64,000 nucleotides of DNA from Octopus sinensis (taxonomy: Eukaryota), in NCBI RefSeq assembly GCF_006345805.1, contig NC_043000.1:59520001-59584000 (forward strand). Reading direction: 5' to 3'. Positions 1-11,815 of the stretch are shown here, one piece after another. The number at the start of each line of letters is the position of its first letter. Position 1 is the stretch's first letter. The notes under the pieces were generated by a model. The model saw only the letters and a list, made by a program, of their open reading frames with translations. It ran no database searches and was not told where the DNA came from. The position numbers and the translations under genes were made by a program.

Positions 1-275
1 CTGACCAAAAATTCTAAGATTTTTCAATTCTATTTTACTTTTTCATTAAATTACGTTACACAAAATTCCAAAAGAATATTTTTCTCCCTCGTGTTCTATC
101 CTTGACCAGCCTAACCCTGATCCCTCTCTTTCTATCTCTCTGTCTCGATAACCACTTGCTTCTTCAACACTTACCCCTATATAAACTAGCTCACTCGGAT
201 TCCGCTACTTCATTTTAATAACTCTGCCAAAAGAATACAAATCCAGAAGATGTTCTCTAATTCTGCTATTTCGCT

Positions 276-313
276 GGTTATACACCACTGGCCTATGCCA
301 GTGGTGTATAACC
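276..313. repeat. Perfect 17-bp-stem hairpin
   Basis: ggttatacaccactggc (276-292), loop ctat, gccagtggtgtataacc (297-313). Confidence 0.9.
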
Positions 314-319
314 CACTTA

Positions 320-872
320 TGAGTACCCTTCATTCATTGGACAATAAACTTTGCTTGCGTAGACCTGTTGAGGCAAGTGAAATCAAAACCGCTGACGTAG
401 CTGATGACTGTACGCCTGATTGGCACTCGTGCCGGTGGAATGTCAAAAGCACCATCCAAGTGTGATCGTTGCCAGGACCACTGACTGGCTACCATGCCGG
501 GGAACGTAAAAAGCACCATTTGAGCATGATTGTTGCCAGCATCACCTTACTGGCATGTGCTGGTGGAATGTAAAAAAAAACTTTTGAGTGTGGTTATTGC
601 CAGTACTGCTGGACTGGCTCCCATGCAGGTGGCACGTAGAAAACACCTTTTGATCGTGGTCATTGCCTGTACTGCCTGACTGGCCCTCGTGCTAGTGGCA
701 CGTAAAAGCACCCACTACACTCTCAGAGTGTTTGGCATTAGGAGGGGCATCCAGCTGTAGAAACTTTGCCAGATCGGATTGGAGCCTAGTGCAGCCTTTT
801 GGCTTGCCAGTCCTCAGTGAAACCATCCAGCCCATGCCAGCATGGAAAGCGGACGTTAAATGATAATGATGA
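320..872 (+). mobile_element. SINE-like element with five internal ~65-bp tandem units and an RTE-LINE-type 3' tail
   Basis: Degenerate units start at 421, 486, 551, 615 and 681 (tggc...gtgc.ggtgg.acgtaaaagcacc). They are followed by gcatccagctgtagaaac...cccatgccagcatggaaagcggacgttaaatgataatgatgat. The same tail recurs at ~19405-19500, 23480-23630, 46085-46200 (-) and 48795-48960 (-). Confidence 0.65.
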
Positions 873-903
<31 letters not shown>

Positions 904-906
904 GTG

Positions 907-944
<38 letters not shown>

Positions 945-970
945 AGTGAGTCTGTACACACACACATACA

Positions 971-1008
<38 letters not shown>

Positions 1009-1378
1009 AAGTATCCCAATTATCTCAGCTACAAATTCAAGTCTACTTAGATAGAGGACTATATCTTATCATCATTATCATGCTTACTTTCTATTTTCTT
1101 TCCAATCTTTTTATGAATATGTATATATTTATCTGTGCTATATCTAAGTAAGAAATAACATCTTAATCATTATCTTCCTCAATTTTTTTAAATAGTTTTC
1201 AATCTTAAGAGTTGCTTTTAATCATTTTTACAATATTTGCATGTATTTTGGCATAAATGTTGCAATTTGCCAGGTTAATAGCATGTTGGTTAATGTATGA
1301 AAAGGTTGGTATTTTACAATTTGCAACTGGAGTTCTGATATTTTCTGAGCAGGCTATCTTCTCTCAATGGACACCTAC

Positions 1379-1422
1379 CTGTAAATAGTTATGATGGATA
1401 GGTACAGAGCATTGTATCTTTC
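1379..1422 (-). CDS. Candidate 44-nt coding exon (GKIQCSVPIHHNYLQ)
   Basis: Acceptor catctcttag and donor cag|gtaggt. It is phase-compatible (1 to 0) with exon 1559-1697 across a 136-nt intron. The peptide is not recognised. Confidence 0.3.
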
Positions 1423-1558
1423 CTAAGAGATGACTATCATTATCATTAAAGTTCACAATGCTAACTACTCATATCAGCTCCCTCAATATGAATATTGTTG
1501 AATTACTTCTATCATAATTCATTATACTCATTTCACACATTCCTAATTTTGTAATTAC

Positions 1559-1697
1559 CTGAAGGATGGATTCGGCGTCGTTTGTGTATTTTGTTTAAGT
1601 TTTCTGGCATACTGTGTGATCGTCCAAGAATTTTCTTTTGTTTCGTCAAAGCACTGCGATCGGCAATCCTTGATTTTATAGGGTGAGGGGTTGACAT
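1559..1697 (-). CDS. Internal coding exon of an unidentified host gene (MSTPHPIKSRIADRSALTKQKKILGRSHSMPENLNKIHKRRRIHPS)
   Basis: Acceptor ttttattcattccag and donor cag|gtaatt; 139 nt, phase 0 to 1. CpGs are locally retained, several as Arg codons (CGA/CGC), in otherwise CpG-poor DNA. It contains an RSxSxP 14-3-3-type motif and a basic NLS-like KRRR. Confidence 0.7.
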
Positions 1698-3724
1698 CTG
1701 GAATGAATAAAAACAAAAATAGATAAGAACATTATACTGAAAAATGTTTACTATTGTAACAAATAAATATAGGAAGGAATGAAGAAAAGAGTTTGTTCTA
1801 CAAACTAATTTCATAACTATGAGAAATGAACAGATTTCTCCCTCATGTAGTCCTTTCTTTATAATAAAGATACCAAAGGTACACTTGGTATATGCAAATT
1901 TCATTAACACTAGAATGATTTGAACTCAGAACCTTAAAGTAACATAATAACAAAGTATAGCATCTAGTCTACATCTTATTACATGAGATACTTGAAATTT
2001 ATCCATTTGATGTATTCTTGGCATCTGGATGATAGGCTACCTTACGAACTGGGTATTAAAATGAATTCGAGCATGTATGTGTAAAATCTGTTCCTCTTAT
2101 ATGTTACACTCATCATCTCACCTCTCTCTCTCTCCTATTCTCAACATCATTTCTCTCTCTCTCTCTCTCCTATTCTCCTTTCAGTTATGGGGGCTACGAT
2201 TACATAAATATGTCAAAAAGAATTAGTTCTAGTATATTTGGACACACAAACATCATTAAAGATATTTAAGGACATTTTCATCTAGTGTTTGCTAATTAAG
2301 TGATTCGTTCTAATATGTCTGTGCTATATTTCCAGACAAAAGTACACTTAAACTGAAAATAAGTCTTTTATAAATTAAAATAAAAAGTTTTTAGACAATC
2401 TAAAATCCATAGAAATTTGCATGAAAAATGCATGTAGAAATATTACAAAAGCAAAAAAAGCATTATTCTCCAAGAGAATGCAGAAAGTACATATATGCAT
2501 GATAGACAGCTTATTTTAAATGAAGTAAGAGATAAACCATTTATTCTGCAATGTCAAGGTTGAGAATCTGTCACATTGACACAAATCAATTATTTTTGTT
2601 ATTGCACTCTTAAAGATATTGTTTATTAGATTTGCTTTATCATGCTGGTAAAGAAGAAACTAATTCCTCATTTGCAAAGACTACCTAACAAATTTTTGGT
2701 GGAAAAAATGTACTAATTAAAAAGCAAATTTTACTAAAGTACTAAGTTTTTATACCTGGTGTTTTTCTCTGTTTGGAAATTAAATGAATGAAACTAAATT
2801 ATTCATTTTAATATGTTTGTGTGCTGTAACTTGATATATCTTTGGTTTGAGTTAATAGACAATTTTGTTGACTAACATCAGAATATAATCCAAAGTCAAC
2901 CACACCACTACTAGCACCACCAAAAAATTTAAGAATAATGTTGTATGTTTAGGGTTTACTTCAATGCATGATTTATTATAAAATAGCTAATGGCTGAACC
3001 TTCATATGTTGTAAGAAAACTGACAATAGCTGCTAATTGCAACAGCAAAGGGTCCTAAAAAAAATCAATAGACTGACATAACCCAGCAGCATAACTAGAC
3101 AAATTCTAACAACATAGCTAAATACCAAAGCTTCAGAACAGACAGGAGAGACAATTTTCACAGTGAAAAATCTTTTGACAAAGCAAAATGTAATAGAACT
3201 AACATCTATTTGAAAGAGACCATTTGCATTAAAATTCATGTCACGAAAGGAAAGCTTCATATTTAAAGAAGAAAAAAGTAATCTACTCTTTCTTTTCTTA
3301 CTCAAAATAAGCAGATGAATTGATTCTAAAAAGATTTAAACTGAATTTCTTCCTAACAGAAAATATGAAATAACTGTTGAGTAACTAAAATGAAGCTAAT
3401 CTAATAAGTTTTAAGACAATATATTTATGAGCTCAGCTTGTTCCTTTTTGGGTGGAGTCAAAATAAAAACTTGATTCTTAATTTAACTAAGATTATAAAA
3501 CAGTTAAATGCAAAAAGAATGATAATAACAATAAGAGAAAACCTGTTTTACAAATTAAGGGATTATAAAATTAGTAAACAGACATAAATTATAGATAAGA
3601 AGAAAACGAGAAGAATCTCAAACGTTTTTCTTATCTCTGAATTGTCCTTTGTCTAAAAGATGACAGGAAAAATATAAAGCTGTGAGCAATCCAAATAATT
3701 TGTTCTCTCTCTGTTTCATTATAT

Positions 3725-4195
3725 ATATATATATAAATTAATAAATAAAACATATGCATATATACATACATATATGTACGTACCTACCTCTACATGTATA
3801 TATACATGCATATATGGGTATTGGACACCAAAAAACGTCGAACACAGTGAGAAACGAAAACATAAACACAAAAACAAGGAAATGGACATTTCTTTTAAAC
3901 AACGAAAAAATGGAGTACAGGACATACAAAACAAGGAAAATTCCCCTTCTTCAGTCGCCTCAGTTTCATCTACTCCACGTTTCGAAGGTTAAGGCGATAC
4001 ATGACTTCAATAAAACCGTCCTTCCCATGAAAATCAAATTAAATAAAATTTGAGATTTTTTTGCAGAGGGGTAAAAATGGTAACAAAAACAGGACCGTAA
4101 CGACAGTACAAAATATAAACAGTAAAAGACAGGACACGGAAAATAACAGTGACACAAACAAGAAGGGCTGTTAAGCCAAACGAGATAAAAAAATT
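3725..4195 (-). mobile_element. CpG-containing interspersed repeat between (TA)n tracts, possibly a Penelope-like terminal-repeat remnant
   Basis: CpG-rich relative to its flanks and bounded by TA/CA microsatellites. It carries cgaaacgt and ctgaaga motifs on the minus strand. Family assignment is from recall only. Confidence 0.35.
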
Positions 4196-4355
4196 TTATA
4201 TATATACACACACACATACTGTGAGAAAATAGGAAATACATATTTTAGAAAACCTGTCTATAGCTGGAATAGAAACTTGAGGAGTAAAAATAGAATTCAC
4301 AAAAGAGCCAACTAAATTACAAAAATGGATAACTTGGTAAAAGGAATGTCTAGAA

Positions 4356-5246
4356 TAATAGGTGAAATAAACATCAGAAATGCTTTGCTCCATGTAGAGA
4401 CTGTAGGAGCTATTCAAATGTTTTGCAAGCTCTTCTAAATCCATTGCAGTGCAGGAAACTCTTTTGTATGATCAGCAGGTATCTCAAAGTCATAAGCGTT
4501 TTACCCCTTAGCTTGTGCACTTCACCTGAGTGGGGCACCAAGGACTAGACTAGTCTTCATCTACAGAAGGGATCCACTTTCAGTCGCTTATCAACCACAG
4601 CCATCTTGAGCTAGTTTCAGCTGCTGTGCCTATTTCCTCAATAATTTTCTCCAAATGTCTGGGTTCTAGACCTATCTTCTGCAGGAACTAGCATACTGAT
4701 CTAGGTGGTAAGCCTACTTCAATGGAGAATGAGGCCATATACCGGCCCTTGACAAAAGACTTGTCAACTAAATGTTGATATTCTGATTTCTTTACCTAGT
4801 GGGAAATATAAAGTCTCTCCTCCCAGGGCACTGTGAATTTGACCACAAAGATTGCTTTTGTATTCCTGGGGAGCAGGAACATGTCTGGCACAAGTGAGGT
4901 TACCACTATCTTCTCTGGAAAGGCAAGTTTGCCCCTCATGTTTACTTGCATCTCCCAGTCTGAAACTGAATACAAAATAGAAAATTGGTCCCCTTCCATT
5001 GCTCTCATCTTGGGAGCTTTGTCAACTTTCTTTAGGAATTTGATACCCTTTGGTAGTAGTGGTTGGTGCTTATTAGCCTTTAACCTTTGCAGATCAATCC
5101 ACTTGGCTATTTCTGCAAAAACCTTGTCATGTCTCCACTTGTATCAGCCTTCTCCCAGTGCCCTTGGGCATCTGGTCAAAGTGTGGTTTGGGATGCAAAA
5201 AGTTGCTCTGTACTGTTTGTAGGATGGGTCATTTTCTTTACCCTGT
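4356..5246 (-). mobile_element. 5'-truncated non-LTR retrotransposon with restriction-like endonuclease (Hero/NeSL-type RLE clade), degenerate
   Basis: Minus-strand translation gives ...EG*YKWRHDKVFAEIA (zinc-knuckle-adjacent RYxWRHD motif), then DWEMQVNMRGKLAFPEKIVVTSLVPD...KFTVPWEE (PD...ELTVPWEE RLE motif), and SIEVG...AETSSRWLW. There are stops and a frameshift near 4795. Confidence 0.8.
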
Positions 5247-6089
5247 ATTCATAAAATAGCAAACTAAAATACAAAATGGACAACTTGGTAAAAGGGATGT
5301 CTAGAAATGATAAACTGGATTGTCATATCTGACTGCATCCCAAATATTTAAATCTTCTTGAAGAGTATGCTCCAGAAATCTTTAAAGTATTATGCAAATA
5401 ACTGTTCAAGAAAAGGAACAAGTTATAACAGAACTGATTAATGAACTCATCCATATTTAATCTTTGGAACATGTAATAAACCTCACGTTTTTTTTTTTTC
5501 TGAGCAGAATGAGCTGGGACCAGTGTCATGTACACATATGAAAAAAAGCATGATTGAAGGATTGAAACCAGATCACTCACTAGTTTTCAGTAATCTTATT
5601 TATACAAATACAATGCTTATGTCTGGAAATAAATTTAATCAACTGAAATAATTCCAGTATATTAGAGTTATTTCTCTACTTATGAAAATGACTTGATATT
5701 TTTATTTGGCGTTGTATTGAATTATCTACTGAAAAGTCTTCAGTGGCTTTCTTGGTGGAGTTGTTTGTCTCAGATCAGCTTTGATTGAACAGTCTGATGA
5801 CCAAAGATATTCCAGCCATCTCCATTCAGTTTTTTCTCAGAACAGTAAGATGGGACAATGGAAGTTTGTCTGCGACTTCTAGCAAGCCAAATGACAACTT
5901 AAGAGATTCCCCTCATGAGGTTTCTCAGTTCTGCATGTCTCAATTTACTTAAATGTACCACACAATATATACTAAAACATCCAAGTATGTCGAGAAAAAC
6001 TGGCGTCTCAACAAGACTCAAGTTAAGCACTTGTTCTTAAGAAACATTCTGGGAGACATTTTCATTTTTGATCAATCACTAGGAAGTCT

Positions 6090-6383
6090 TTATTCTTTTG
6101 TTTTAATTATTTCATCCAATCTCGCCTCAATCTTAAGACCATTCAAAGAAACAACTGGATATTCTTCCTTTTTGGCAATATTGGTGCTATTTGCTTGTAT
6201 ATCTTCTAAATTCCTGCTGCAAATCAGACAGTATTTTCCTTTATATAGCTTCTGTATCACACTTTCACTGCTAAAGAAATGTGTATTCCTTTCAATTTCA
6301 TTCTTATATTTTAAAGTTAAAAACCTGTTTTTAAATTCAAAGCTTTCACTTTCAGGATGATCAATGTAAACACCAGTAAAACA
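6090..6383 (-). other. Unexplained 97-codon open frame (CFTGVYIDHPESESFEFKNRFL...CLICSRN...IIKTKE*)
   Basis: Hand translation shows no stop for 97 codons after cttag, with K/E/N-rich composition. There is no ATG-led ORF and no recognisable domain. Confidence 0.3.
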
Positions 6384-6421
6384 CTAAGACTAGTTCTATT
6401 GGCTATGTGTGTGTGTGTTTG

Positions 6422-6455
<34 letters not shown>

Positions 6456-6460
6456 ATGAT

Positions 6461-6677
6461 TTAACCCTTTAGCATTGAAACTGGCCATATCCAGCCAAAG
6501 TGTTCTACTTGTTTTACGTCGATGTGATAGGTGACATCTGGCCTCTCACATCAACCCTACAATATCATTGTAAAAATTAAGTTACTTCATCAAAATCTCA
6601 ATGCTACAAGCTAATTCAAGACAATATGCATAAATAAGCATTACTTTCAACAGAATAATGTGAATGCTAAAGTGTTA
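6461..6677 (+). mobile_element. piggyBac-like MITE, family A
   Basis: ttaa-ccctttagcatt ... aatgctaaagtg-tta termini. The same ~220-bp body occurs at 17654, 20383 and 22234. Confidence 0.75.
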
Positions 6678-9600
6678 GATATCCATATTTGTACAAAATG
6701 CTTACAAAGAAAGAATACAAATGAGTTTTTGTGGTAATTAAGCAAACAATTCTATACATCTTGTTCTATATTCCATTAAAGAAGGTAATTTCTTAGAAGA
6801 CACAGAAGCAAGTTGTTGCTTCAGACTTGAAACAAGAAGGTCCTTAGATGAACATGCTTGAAGTGACATGCTTTGAGGAAACAAAGAGCCAGCATTATAC
6901 AGAAGAACTCAGTGGAAACTATAACAGATTCCAAAAACTCAGTATGTGGAAATTGATCACAATTTAGTGGTTGGTCTAAAGTTACAAAGGAAATTGTAAC
7001 CAGTAGTCTTTTTTTAAAGAGAGGGGGGGGGAGAGAGAATACAAGTGTTCAGTAACAAAGAAACTACTAATCCCCAAAATACTACAAACTATAAGTCTAA
7101 ATTGCAATCCAATATTGATAAACTCCATATTCCAATTTGGTCATTGAGGCATGACTGAAAACTCTATACTTTTATTGTGTATGTAGTGCAAATGAGTCTG
7201 ATGTTAGACCATTCTCACCATGCTAGTGCTGCCATTCCATACAACATTGAGTATTTCTACCCTGAAGTACCTTCCAGATTAGAGTTTGGTTCTTATATTA
7301 TCTAGTGTCAACAAGATGAGAATTTTAATCTATTCTCTGATTAAATGCAAGTCTAATGCATATATAAAGTTTCTAGTAGATTTGGTATTCTTCACACATG
7401 GCTACATGCAGCACAAAGAATTAAGTGTCCTGTTCTGAGTCAAAAGACTAATTTCAACTTGACCAATAAATGGGAAGCCTAGTATGGATCATAACAGAAT
7501 CAGTGCTTTGTTACAGTCCTCAATGTTCCAAATTCAACACACTATACCAGTCAAATACTGAAGTGGTTATAATTAACTACAGCTACCTTTCAAAACTTCT
7601 GCTCAGGTTAGAAAATATATCTCATATTTTACCTCTATCACAATTCACAAGTCAGGTATTCTATTTCATAAGCTTAGAGTGCACTTGGCCTCCCTCTTAA
7701 CAACTAAAGCACTAAATCTCTAAATAATTGTTTTCTATATAAGAAAAATTCCTTGAAATGACTCTAAGGGTTACCTTCATGCAATCTGTTATCAAATAGT
7801 CTCTGTGCTATAGCATCTCCTTGAGAACAATGACTATTTAGCAATACATTCTTTGCATACTCATCATATCACCTTCTCTCAAAATGTAGTAATAAATGTA
7901 GAGACAACTGCCTGGCTTTTGTTAATTAGCAGTATTCCTCAATGAGTGATTAACCCTCTTAATAGTCCACAAAATGATTCTATGTTGGCACTGCAGCTAA
8001 ATGAACAATTGCAAATTCAACAGTGCTCCCTATACCTTTTTAAATCATAGAAATTTATAATGGTTAAATTGTTTCCATAATTCTCTCTCTCTCTCAAACA
8101 CACACAAGAGATAACATGATGTTATAATTTAAATGGTCTCTTCTGATTGCATTAAGACAGAATTAATTAAGAACTCTTTTGAGTTTCATTTATTATTGGG
8201 AATTATTTTAAACACCTAAGTAGAAAGAAAATTATGAGGTCATTAAAATTCTAACAATGGTAGATTTTCAGAGTCATTTTTGCCCATCAAATCCAATACC
8301 CACTGATATTTAGTACCAGTTCCTCCTAAATATATGAAAATACACTTGTTTTTCATGTGATTTTGCAGAATTATATTTTGGTATTCATATAAAACACAAA
8401 TAACTAAGCAGATGTCTTGCAAGGAAATATCAATGCCTTTACGAATTAGATCTGTTAACATGGTATCATTATAGAAAGTACTGCATTTTTTAGTTCCTCA
8501 AGCATTTTCAGAAATCCCTTAATTCTCCCTACGTTATTGATTTATGTTTTGAAGCAAAAAATGACATTAACATAAAAGAATGTGTGAAGAGAGTGCCTCA
8601 ATTCTTCTGCTCCTTTAACTCTTATCACTTCACTTAAAGGAATAAAAAATGGAGAAGGTGAAGTATGACAAACTGGAAATATATAGAAAATCAATTACTC
8701 GGAAAATTTATCAATATTTTGTTTAGTTTCCAATAATTTACATCCAGTTCAACATGATCCCTTTCTTTACGACATCCTCTCAGAAAGACATGCTTTCTTC
8801 ACATTGTCATCACTGGCATACTTCTATTACAGGTAGGTCACCATCCCTCTACCACTGAACATTAACTAGCAACTACAGATATGTGAGAAGAATGGCTGCA
8901 GATACGATCAGTTGATTACTTCAATATTCCATGCATCTAACTGATACCATGATGATAATAACGATGATAGAGGAGACAAAAAGGGAAAAGGATTTCTATG
9001 CTTGCTCATAACAGATGTAAATATGATGGGAGAGATGAATGCGAGGAAAGTATTAAGAAATATCCATGCAGTATGTACACCAACCAACAAACTGGAAATG
9101 AATAAGTGGAATAAGGGGAAGTAAAGATCAAATGATGGAAATAAGAACAAAAAGAAATTGGAATGTAACAATAAAGAGGAAAAAAGGGTTTCTGCTACAA
9201 TTTTCTAAGAAGAATTAGGTCAACAAGAATAGGTAATTCCTCAATCAAGTGCTGTGTTAAATGGACCATTACTGCTGCTAATCTTCATCAGCTGACAGAA
9301 TGACATCTCCAACCACACATGTATATAAATACATAAATGTGGGAGGTTGATTTTCAAAAATTAAAATACATTTCTGTATGAAATTTGTTTTAAATAATTA
9401 AGGTTTTCTACAACAATTGTAGAACTTATAGCATTTCATTGATGTTTCATGGTGGCTAAATCAGCAAAATTTTGGTAAATTTTCATTTGAAAAATTGCTA
9501 TTTCAGTTGCAAATTAATAACTAGGCATCTAAATTTACAAATTATTATTAAAGGGCATTAGAAAACTGGTTAACTCAGAGAAGAAAAGGAAACAGTAAAT

Positions 9601-9747
9601 ATTGAAAATGCATATAGGTATGTCTGCATGGGTAAAAATGACCCCAAATTGTTTATTTCTTTATTGTTAATGTAGTATGTTAGAAATGGTTAATCACTAA
9701 ACTAAATGTCTTATAATTAACCATTCACATTCTGAATTTAACCTTAC

Positions 9748-9829
9748 CTCAGTTGACAGTCTTTCAGCAAAATAAGTCATGTGTAGGGGTCAATTCAATC
9801 TACTATAGAGTCTCCCTTATAAAATGATG
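9748..9829 (-). CDS. Candidate first coding exon (5'UTR + MTYFAERLSTE)
   Basis: Strong donor gag|gtaagg. The polypyrimidine acceptor is ttttctatatttattttttacattgactctaag. The ATG at 9780-9778 is preceded by an in-frame TGA. The phase-0 end matches the phase-0 start of exon 1697. Confidence 0.35.
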
Positions 9830-11421
9830 CTTAGAGTCAATGTAAAAAATAAATATAGAAAATGTGAGCTGAAAACTACAAGCTACAGGCTTGTCCTCTA
9901 TTCAAATAAATACAATTTGAAGTCCCTACTTATGGAGAATTGAAAAAAATAAAGCCAGTCCCATGATACTGAACTTCATTCTCTCTATATCTCTGAGTTT
10001 TAGAATATGTTGAACATAAATAGATGCCAAGCCAACTAATTTTAGAATCACAAACATTGTTTAACCAAACACTTGTTGGGACTATTTATTCATATATTGA
10101 TCTCACACATGCATAAATATTGTTTTATTCAGTACTACTAATGTGTCATTAGATAGTGCTGCTCCATCCGGTTTGAATAAGAAAATCATTTCAAAAACGA
10201 TTTCAACAATAAATTAGGGGTTGCTGCTGACTCAGCGTAGCTTAAACCTTACAGCTGATCAAGAAAGCAAAAGCACTTCTACAACAGAACTTAAGAAATG
10301 GTAGTAAATTCTCTGATATAAAATCATGTGGTATAAGTGTCTACATGTGTGTGAGTGCAACTGTGTGCATGTCTGGCTATGCAGGCACGTGTCACTGCGT
10401 GCACACACACATGTGCATATGTTTCTTTTCTCTTGATAGCAGCAGAGACAGTAGTTCAATTTACAGCAGCATAAAACGCTTAGATGTTGACAGAAATATT
10501 TTCATATAACTTCATTTATTCTTGTTATAATTCCAAAGATATATCAGTTAAATCTTCCTTTCTATGAATACTGAAGGGAACCAAATGATAATATGTCCAA
10601 ATATTATTTTGGGACAGCTTAATAAACCATGTAATAAGTCTTTGTCTCCAAACTACCATCACAACTCATCTATATATTAAACTTCATGTGTTCCAAGACA
10701 TCTACTCACAGTTTATGAGATGGTCATCTATTTTCTTTGTGAAATAAGTTATTGAAACAAGACATTCAACTATTTAACCAAATAATGATTCAACTGTCCA
10801 TTTACCCATAATAGTAATCAAAAAATAGGTGCCAAAGTTATATAAGTATACATGTTCTATAAATTGTCTACATATTATTAATTGGAAATAAACTTGTGCA
10901 GCTCCGAGAGTCAATTTATAACTCTTCTTACTCAGTGGTATGTGAGTGTGTTTATCATCATCATGTTTACAGACACAGGCAACATATCTTGTGATATTTT
11001 GTTCCGAAATGAATATAAAATATAATTTTTAATATGTATTTTTTAAAATAAATTTAATGCGAACGTTATTTCAAACTATAAGAAAAATAAAATTCAACTC
11101 AAGATTCAGGATTTCTTGGAACCTGAATTAAAAAAAAATAATTCTGAAACAATGTATGTACAAGAATTACAAACTAGTCCCACTAATGCTTTCTTTTGCT
11201 TTTGTTTAAGTAATCAAATAATAAAGTAACTGAATAGCTTTAAAAAAAAAATTAAAGTAACTTCAGAGATTCAAAGTATATTTTCAACTGTATAAAGATC
11301 TATCTTTCATCCCCCCACCACCTACATTACACACGTACACAAAAGTATATTCTAATTGATCCTTTGATATAACAGAAAAATTAAAATTCCCTAAGTATAA
11401 CTGAAATTATAACAAAATTAG

Positions 11422-11455
<34 letters not shown>

Positions 11456-11771
11456 TTAATTCTTCTATATATATATATATACACAAACGCTCATATATAT
11501 ACACACAAATATATATATATATATATTACACACACAACGCATATACAACACATACGATTTAATATTAAGAATGAGTTAACATCTATTGTTGTATATAAAC
11601 CAATCCCACACACATTTCCTCCTTAGTGCTTTTTTTTAACAATAGAAACTTCACAGACAGTGGGAGGGGTGAGTGAAGAAATGGTGGTTGTAATACACAT
11701 AAAGAAAATTCGCCGGCTTTTTCTCAATGCTGTGAGCAGAAGTCTAAGTAAAGATCTAGTAGGTAACTGAC

Positions 11772-11815
11772 TAACAGGCAAACAATAAAACTGGGTGGGA
11801 ACTTAACCGAGGGGT
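11772..11815 (-). other. Candidate 5'UTR exon after an 80-nt intron (11816-11895)
   Basis: Intron ttg|gtaatt ... ttttctattttttttatttttgcag|. Possible downstream donor tta|gtcagt. Confidence 0.35.

Noticed and set aside
421-720. Regularly spaced repeats resembling a CRISPR array
   Set aside because: The whole 65-bp unit is repeated with divergence, so there are no unique spacers. There are no cas genes and the context is eukaryotic.
3945-4015. cgaaacgt and ctgaaga motifs as a hammerhead
   Set aside because: They are in permuted order, no stem I can be drawn, and the triplet would be GUG (non-cleavable) in this copy.
4470-4530. aaaac...ctgatca in the RLE element 3'UTR as a decayed hammerhead
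   Set aside because: Both core motifs are mutated and there are no convincing stems.
5953-6360. 135-aa hydrophobic plus-strand ORF as a membrane protein
   Set aside because: F/L/I/S richness is expected from T-rich DNA. There is no splice context or motif, and the opposite strand looks more protein-like.
8243-8325. Minus-strand exon GGTGTKYQWVLDLMGKNDSENLPLLEF*
   Set aside because: Good acceptor, but the phase does not fit neighbouring candidates, the donor is weak and there is no recognisable homology.
8560-8672. SPFFIPLSEVIRVKGAEELRHSLH, reminiscent of Storkhead-box FIPLGEIL...EILRHTL
   Set aside because: Spacing between the motifs is far shorter than in STOX proteins and there is no credible donor; likely chance.
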